Shown here: piece after piece, positions 61,337-64,000 of the stretch
Position numbering within the stretch: position 1 is the first letter of the stretch
Layout of the letters: each line of letters opens with the position of its first letter
Assembly (NCBI GenBank): GCA_902475595.1
Contig: CABRZT010000002.1
Coordinates: forward strand, 13,211-77,210
DNA from: an uncultured Collinsella sp.
Lineage (GTDB): Bacteria > Actinomycetota > Coriobacteriia > Coriobacteriales > Coriobacteriaceae
DNA length: 64,000 nt
Direction of reading: 5' to 3'
The notes under the pieces: model-generated
What the model saw: the letters and a program-made list of their open reading frames with translations, nothing else
What the model was told of the DNA's origin: nothing
Databases searched by the model: none
Position numbers and translations under genes: made by a program

Positions 61337-61969
61337 CTATCCTCTCTTCCTTGCAGCGTCGGAGGCGCGACGCGCCAGCGCATCGGCGCGCGGCAACCAT
61401 GTGTCGAGCAACTCATCACACGCCGTCTCGAGCTCCTCAGCACGAGCGCGATCCTTCATAGACGTGGTGTTCGCAAAGAGCGTCAAGCTCGCGCCCTGCA
61501 TAGCGGCACGGCAGAACACGGCGCCGCACGCCACATCGGACAGCAGTTGACGCGAACCCTTGTCGGCCATGTCCTCGAGCAGCGCCAGCGCACGCCCGCA
61601 GGCATCCATAATGCGATACGGCGGCATGGCGGCCACATGCAGTGCATCCTGAATCGCGGTCGCTCGAGCCGGATCGTCACGCGGAATACCGTACGCCGCG
61701 GACACCTGGCCGTACGCACGAACGTCCTCGGCGACCAGACCCACAAGTTCCTGCGCCAACTCATCCGCCTGGGCAAACGCGCGCGTCAGATCGTCTGCGC
61801 GATCGGCAAGCGCAGGGTTTGTCGCCCCATAGCGAGCAACCATCCCGCAAAGCGAGGCGCCCAGTGCACCTACAAAGGCGCTCGCGCTACCGCCGCCGGG
61901 AACCGGCTCGCGTGCGGCAAGCGCCTCGGCAAACCCGCGGCAGGTCTTGTCCATCATCTCTTGGCTCAT
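61337..61969 (-). CDS. Formiminotetrahydrofolate cyclodeaminase / methenyl-THF cyclohydrolase family
   Basis: PVPGGGSASA..GA.L..MV, SDVACG; next to folD. Confidence 0.88.
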   Translation of the reverse strand: MSQEMMDKTCRGFAEALAAREPVPGGGSASAFVGALGASLCGMVARYGATNPALADRADDLTRAFAQADELAQELVGLVAEDVRAYGQVSAAYGIPRDDPARATAIQDALHVAAMPPYRIMDACGRALALLEDMADKGSRQLLSDVACGAVFCRAAMQGASLTLFANTTSMKDRARAEELETACDELLDTWLPRADALARRASDAARKRG

Positions 61970-62429
61970 ACGCACGCACCTTCAAGTCATATACATCGGT
62001 CGGGTGGCAACCACCGACCGACCGCATCGATCACATAATGGTGCTAAGTCTAGCCCATAAGTACTCGAGCGTCAGCGCACCTGGCCATCGCGGATTTCTA
62101 TGGCACACGATAGACCACGCCAACGCAAACATGGGACACATGGCTCACCTTTCGGGACTTCCGGACGTCACAAACTGGGGCATATCTATAAACAAGGAAC
62201 CTGTTGGGGCAACGCCCACGTACACGCGACCCTTTAAAACAACGGGCACCTCACCCCGGGGAGAGCCGACAGCATCGGCCCTCCCCTCTTTTGAACCCGC
62301 GCATATTGCCACTTAACGGCGCAAATCCGGCCCTCAGAATGGGACACATGGCCCACCCGAAGGAGCCGTCCACGCGTACAGTAAAGGCAGGTAATCCATG
62401 GACGATTACAGATCGAGGAGGACACGACC

Positions 62430-63023
62430 ATGAAAAAGAAGGCCTTTGCGATTCTCACCCTCTGCATCAGTCTCTTTGCCGCGGTTGCCCTGGTGGGTTG
62501 CGGCGGAAGCGGCGGCGCTACCGGCAGTGGCGGTGGCGGCGGCGCAGAAAAGCCAGCCGTGGATATGAGGACCGACTTCATTTGGTTTAAGGTCGAGGTT
62601 CCCGAGGGAGTCGAGATCACCGACGTCGCAGGCGACACCGCCGACAGGGCCCAGTTTAAGTTCACCGAGAGCGAGCACGCCAGCGACCGCTTCATCCCCG
62701 TCTTCGATCCTGACAAGAACGCCGACGAGCTGTTCGACTACGAGGCAAAGTGGAAGGCCAACTCTGGATGGACCGAGAGCGATCCCGTTAAGTACAACGG
62801 CAAGACCTGGCGCAGTGCCTACTTCACGCACTCGGGCGGCGTAACGACCGAATACTTCACCGACGTTGACGGCGGCAGTGTGTACGTGCGTATCGACAAC
62901 GTCGAGGAACACAAGGACGCCGTCGAGACCATGATGAAGTCTCTGGAATTTGCCGACGACATCGCCGAGGCCAAGACCGAGGCCATGGACGTCAAGCTCG
63001 ACGATATCGAGATCAAGCGCTAA
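62430..63023 (+). CDS. Lipoprotein of unknown function
   Basis: MKKK + hydrophobic core + LVGC lipobox, Gly linker; GAGGAGG RBS. Confidence 0.85.
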   Translation: MKKKAFAILTLCISLFAAVALVGCGGSGGATGSGGGGGAEKPAVDMRTDFIWFKVEVPEGVEITDVAGDTADRAQFKFTESEHASDRFIPVFDPDKNADELFDYEAKWKANSGWTESDPVKYNGKTWRSAYFTHSGGVTTEYFTDVDGGSVYVRIDNVEEHKDAVETMMKSLEFADDIAEAKTEAMDVKLDDIEIKR

Positions 63024-63328
63024 GCGACTGGCAAGCGCAACGGGAAACACGGTCGCAGTGCAAACAAGCGACGGTACCCCAGCGCTTCGTACCCAGGGAG
63101 GGCCGGTAAACCGACCCTCCCTTTCTTATGCCGGTAGCCGACGAACGCGAGGATGCCGGACGCCGGAACCGCCCCAAATGTGGCAACAGTACGAAAACGA
63201 CAGACACCCCAACACGTCCGCCCACCGATTTATCGCGCCGCGCAGACAATTAAACCAGCATCTTTAAACATCTGGGCAGTATAGTGACCAAAACTATCGC
63301 ATAACCGCACTCTACGAATGGAGAAGTT

Positions 63329-64000
63329 ATGACCGAACACCACGCCATCAGCCGCCGAGCATTTACGTTGGGCCTTGGACTCGCGGCGTTGTCGCCACTT
63401 GCAAGCCTGCCCGAAACCGCCATGCTGGGCATTAGCCCGCGGGCAGCCTTTGCGGACAGCACGGCCGGGCCAGCAGTCAGCCTCGACAATTTCGTCATTC
63501 GCCTTCGCCCCGCGGGCTATTTTCGTACCGCAAGCGTTAACGAAGACGGCAACGTCATCGGCAACGTCTGCCATCTGTTTAATGACGGCACGTCCAGCAA
63601 GCTCATCCTTGAGAACGTAACGACCAAGAATGACGATACAAACTGGTATGCCATCCGCACCCTGCTCAATTTCGAAGAGCATAAAAAGACGGGCTACAGC
63701 ATTTGGTCGGTCGATGGCGACTCGGACAAAGACGGAAAGGTCATCCACGTATGGAGTGGCGAGCATGACGGCAAGCCCAGTCGCTCTTTTGCGTTCGAGC
63801 GGCAATCAAACGGAACCTATATCATCCGAGACCGCACGGTCGAGAAAGAAACCGAGAAAAAAGACATTAAGTACCTGGCAATAGAATCGAACGGCGAAGA
63901 CCAGGACAACAATAAGATCTGCCATAAGAGTAAGAGCATTCCGTGGGAGCTCGAACTTATCGGTTACGACATGAAAAAGAACGATGCCACGGTTAGCAGC
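63329..64000 (+). CDS. Secreted protein with twin-arginine signal, possible ricin-B/beta-trefoil domain (partial)
   Basis: Not in ORF track; open from ATG 63329 to window end: MTEHHAISRRAFTLGLG..AFA; WSVDG..DGKVIHVW, FAFERQSNGTYII. Confidence 0.7.
   Translation, partial: MTEHHAISRRAFTLGLGLAALSPLASLPETAMLGISPRAAFADSTAGPAVSLDNFVIRLRPAGYFRTASVNEDGNVIGNVCHLFNDGTSSKLILENVTTKNDDTNWYAIRTLLNFEEHKKTGYSIWSVDGDSDKDGKVIHVWSGEHDGKPSRSFAFERQSNGTYIIRDRTVEKETEKKDIKYLAIESNGEDQDNNKICHKSKSIPWELELIGYDMKKNDATVSS

Noticed and set aside
61970..62120. THF or ZTP riboswitch upstream of cyclodeaminase-folD
   Set aside because: Only a simple hairpin (ATCGGTCGGGTGG..CCACCGACCGA); consensus elements not seen.

Overview
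High-GC chromosomal segment of a Coriobacteriia gut bacterium. It is most like Collinsella, which I infer from gene content and protein style, not from a search. Most of it is housekeeping and metabolism: pckA, serC/serA, a K+/H+ antiporter, an ArsR-HMA-P1B ATPase metal-efflux operon, a DtxR/MntR regulator, ABC-F, pstSCAB, two dipeptidases, two DegV, LOG, tgt/queA/queH, a 12alpha-HSDH-like SDR, metG, an RsmB/NOP methylase, class 3 fbp, two GtrA, AarF/UbiB plus a phasin-like gene, folD and a cyclodeaminase. I found no rRNA, tRNA, CRISPR array or transposase. Five things stand out. (1) A cobalamin riboswitch heads a two-gene unit: a ~1290-aa surface protein with four tandem DUF4430/transcobalamin-like domains plus a beta-propeller, and a membrane-anchored single-DUF4430 protein; this is a candidate Gram-positive corrinoid-capture system. 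(2) A lower-GC AbiEi-like/DUF559-type nuclease gene is bracketed on both sides by inverted doublets of one ~28-bp motif, resembling the RAYT/REPIN layout but with a different enzyme. (3) A ~170-nt rod-like element occurs twice with extensive compensatory base changes. (4) Several REP/REPIN-like families occur, many with GTAG ends overlapping TAG stop codons. (5) Three gene lesions (35-nt duplication in queA, 78-nt duplication in metG, deletion/frameshift in fbp) look like strain-mixture assembly artefacts. All family assignments are from motif recognition by eye.
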